Positions 61,841-64,000 of a DNA stretch of 64,000 nucleotides are shown in pieces (positions within the stretch are counted from its first letter, which is position 1; the number at the start of each line of letters is the position of its first letter). This stretch comes from Vicugna vicugna (Eukaryota), in NCBI GenBank assembly GCA_013265495.1, contig MU058198.1:2802419-2866418 (forward strand), written 5' to 3'. Below the pieces are notes generated by a model. It did no database searches and was not told the origin of the DNA. It saw nothing but the letters and a program-made list of their open reading frames with translations. The translations under genes and the position numbers were made by a program.

Positions 61841-62357
61841 TGTTACCGAGTCCGACCTCATTCTGCTTGCCTCACGACAGGCCAATAAACTGGGCAAGTG
61901 TTGGGGCAAGGAATAATGACTTTATTCGGAAAGCCGGCAGACTGTGAAGATGGCAGACTAATGTCCTGGAGAGCCATCTTCCCCAAGTCAGAATTCAGGC
62001 TCCTTTTATACTGAAAGGGGGAGGGGGTATGCTTGGTTGTTGCAAACTTCTTGATGTAGAAATTCTTTGTTCGTGGAATCCTTTGTTCTTACAGCTGTCC
62101 ACGTGGGTCAGGTCACAGTGTCCCCGTAAAACCTCCAACAAAACAGACGTTATTTTCTGTTCCACAAATTGTAATCTTGGTATGAGTGGAAAAGTGTTAA
62201 TATCCTTAAAGGTTAGAGCCTGTATATTTCAGGCTACAGGCAACATTCTTTTACAAAAGGTGCCCAACCAGCAAGACTAAGCCTAGTAAACAGAGCACAG
62301 GGTTAAAGTCAAAGGAACAGATCTAATATGGAATCAGATTTGTTCTTTTCTATTACA
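61841..62357 (-). mobile_element. Solo ERV1-class LTR (517 bp)
   Basis: TG..CA termini (tgtta..ttaca); 4-bp near-TSD atcc/accc; on the minus strand a TATAAAAG box (~62002-62009) lies upstream of AATAAA (~61921-61926). Confidence 0.8.
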
Positions 62358-62961
62358 ACCCCGCCCCCTTTCCCAGGCAAGATTCTGGAGAGCAGGGCTG
62401 TGCATTCCCAGCCTCCTGTATCCTTGCTCCCCACCCACACCTTGGCTCCTCCAGACACATTTCCTCCCCCTCACTCCTTGACTGCTTCCATACAGGCTCT
62501 CTTCTCCTTAACCAATTACCAATGGAGACTTTGTAATGTAGATTTTTATGAGCTAGTTTTTTAAAAACTGCAAAGAATGCATGCTCATGGCAAAGAGGAA
62601 AAAAATCCAATGAGTGCAGAAAGATAAAGGTGAAAATAAAGTCCCATTCTACACCTCAGGCCATCCAGGTCTCCGAGAGTTATTCTCCAGAGGTAACCAC
62701 GGTTAACAGTTTACTGCGTATCTTTATGTGTGTGTGTATTTTGTATATAAATAGGCACATATTGAACTTCCTGTTCTACAACTTGCTTTTTTCACTTAAT
62801 AACACATCTTGGATTCCTTTCTGCATCAATAGCTATAGATCCACCTCATTTTTTTTAAGTCACATAATAAGCTATTGTCTGGCCTCACTAGAGTTTATTT
62901 AAACAGCTTCCCACCCAGGGGCATGTAGGTTGCTTCTGGCCTCTTTCTGTCACAGTGTTTC

Positions 62962-63359
62962 AGTCATTAGGTCAATGCCAGCTGCTGTAACAAACAAACC
63001 ACAAGAGAAGAGTTTATGTCTTGCTCACAATAGTCCAAGGGGGCTGTTTTCCCAGTTGTAAGTGGTTTTCCTGTCCTTTCTATCTTTTGGACTATCCCCT
63101 GCTAGGGCCTCAGAGTTCTCTGCATTCTGCTAGAAGACGGAAGAGACAATGGAAATCCAGGACATACCTACTTTGTAAGCACACGAGCCTGGAGGTAACA
63201 CACTGTAGGTTTATGGCAAGAAGCAGTCACAGGGCCCCACCTGTGCAGGGGCTGCTGGGAAATGTAGTCTTTGGCTGGGCAGCTGCCCTCTAGAAACAGA
63301 GCTACACTATTGGAGGGAGGGGCAGGAATCTTTGGTGAACACCTCCCCATCTCTGCCAC
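62962..63359 (-). mobile_element. MLT1 (J/I-like) LTR
   Basis: gtcattaggtcaatgccagctgctgtaacaaacaaacc..aagaagcagtcacagggcccca..gggctgctgggaaatgtagtct..catctctgccaca. Confidence 0.8.
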
Positions 63360-63592
63360 AAATGCTGCAACAAACATTCTTGCACACAGGGCTTTACATG
63401 CTCGTACAAATACATTTCCAGAAGTGGAACTGCTGGGTTCAAGGGTATATGTCTTTTACATTTGGGTAGATAGTATCTTCTTGCTCTCCTAAAGATGCAT
63501 TGATTTCTGTGCTCCCTCCACTATTGGAAAGTACTTTGTTCTACACTCCTGCTAGCAATAACTTATAATTTTTAAAAATAAATTTTCCAATC

Positions 63593-63738
63593 AGGGGCAA
63601 GGTATAGCTCAATTAGTAGAGGGCATGCTTAGCATGCACGAGGTCCTGGGTTCAATCCCCAGTACCCCCATTAAGTAAATAAATAAATAAACCAAATTGC
63701 CTCAAAAATTAAAAAAAAAAGAACTAAAAAATTAAATA
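63593..63738 (+). mobile_element. Camelid Vic-1-like SINE, long-tail form, with 17-bp imperfect TSD
   Basis: ggtatagctcaattagtagagggcatgcttagcatgcacgaggtcctgggttcaatccccagtacc; TSD aaataaattttccaatc (63576-63592) and aaatatattttccagtc (63739-63755). Confidence 0.92.
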
Positions 63739-64000
63739 AAATATATTTTCCAGTCTATTTCATCTTGGTTTTAATTTGCATTTCTTTAATTTTAAGAGTG
63801 TTAGAGTATCTTTTCATATATTTGTTTCCCATTAGTAGCTCTTTTACTGTTAACTTCTCTTAGTCTGTGTTCCTTTATTCTACCAGCTGGTTCTTTTTCT
63901 CATTAATTTGCAGGAATGTTGAAAAATATATAAAATATATAAACATGTACACAGATCTTAAAAATATATGAAATCATCTTTTGTCTTCCTATCTTATGTA

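Larger units (their letters stand above)
62540..64000 (-). mobile_element. Old antisense L1M 3' region interrupted by an MLT1 LTR and a SINE
   Basis: tctccagaggtaaccacggttaacagttt, ctgttctacaacttgctttttt cacttaat, atgctgcaacaaacattcttgcaca, gaagtggaactgctgggttcaagggtat, ggttttaatttgcatttctttaat. Confidence 0.8.

Noticed and set aside
7709..63738. tRNA-like heads (box A tagctcagtgg, box B ggttcaatccc) as tRNA genes
   Set aside because: They carry A-rich tails and TSDs, and their stems are degenerate, so they are SINE copies.
1..64000. The short ORFs (60-196 aa) of the six-frame track as host genes
   Set aside because: None resembles a protein family I recognise other than L1 relics. Many overlap on both strands or lie in decayed repeats, and I see no consistent exon chain.

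Overview
This is mammalian genomic DNA, very probably from a camelid (Vicugna/Lama/Camelus). That inference rests on six tRNA-derived SINEs resembling the camelid Vic-1 family and on several related young L1 3'-UTR fragments. I recognise no host protein-coding exon, rRNA gene, genuine tRNA gene, CRISPR array or CpG-island promoter, so the window reads as intergenic or deep-intronic. A large share is decayed interspersed repeat: MIR, L2, old L1M/HAL1-like, MLT1/MLT2 and ERV1 LTRs, and hAT-type DNA elements (MER20, MER53, MER5, MER91, MER102/Charlie-like). The only recognisable peptides in the ORF track are L1 ORF2p remnants (39.2-39.7 kb) and an L1 ORF1p-like remnant (~16 kb). Features worth follow-up are two near-exact short tandem duplications (268 bp at 29964-30504 and 345 bp at 58177-58866), a TSD-bounded L1 insertion with an unexplained 5' segment (10396-10664), an intact solo ERV1 LTR (61841-62357), a possible non-coding exon inside a TCF/LEF-motif cluster (~14.8-15.3 kb), and several repeat-free, homeobox-motif-rich islands that look like developmental enhancers. 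I found no convincing evidence of a novel gene-encoded system. Repeat family names come from recalled consensus similarity, not a database search. Boundaries of old repeats are approximate.
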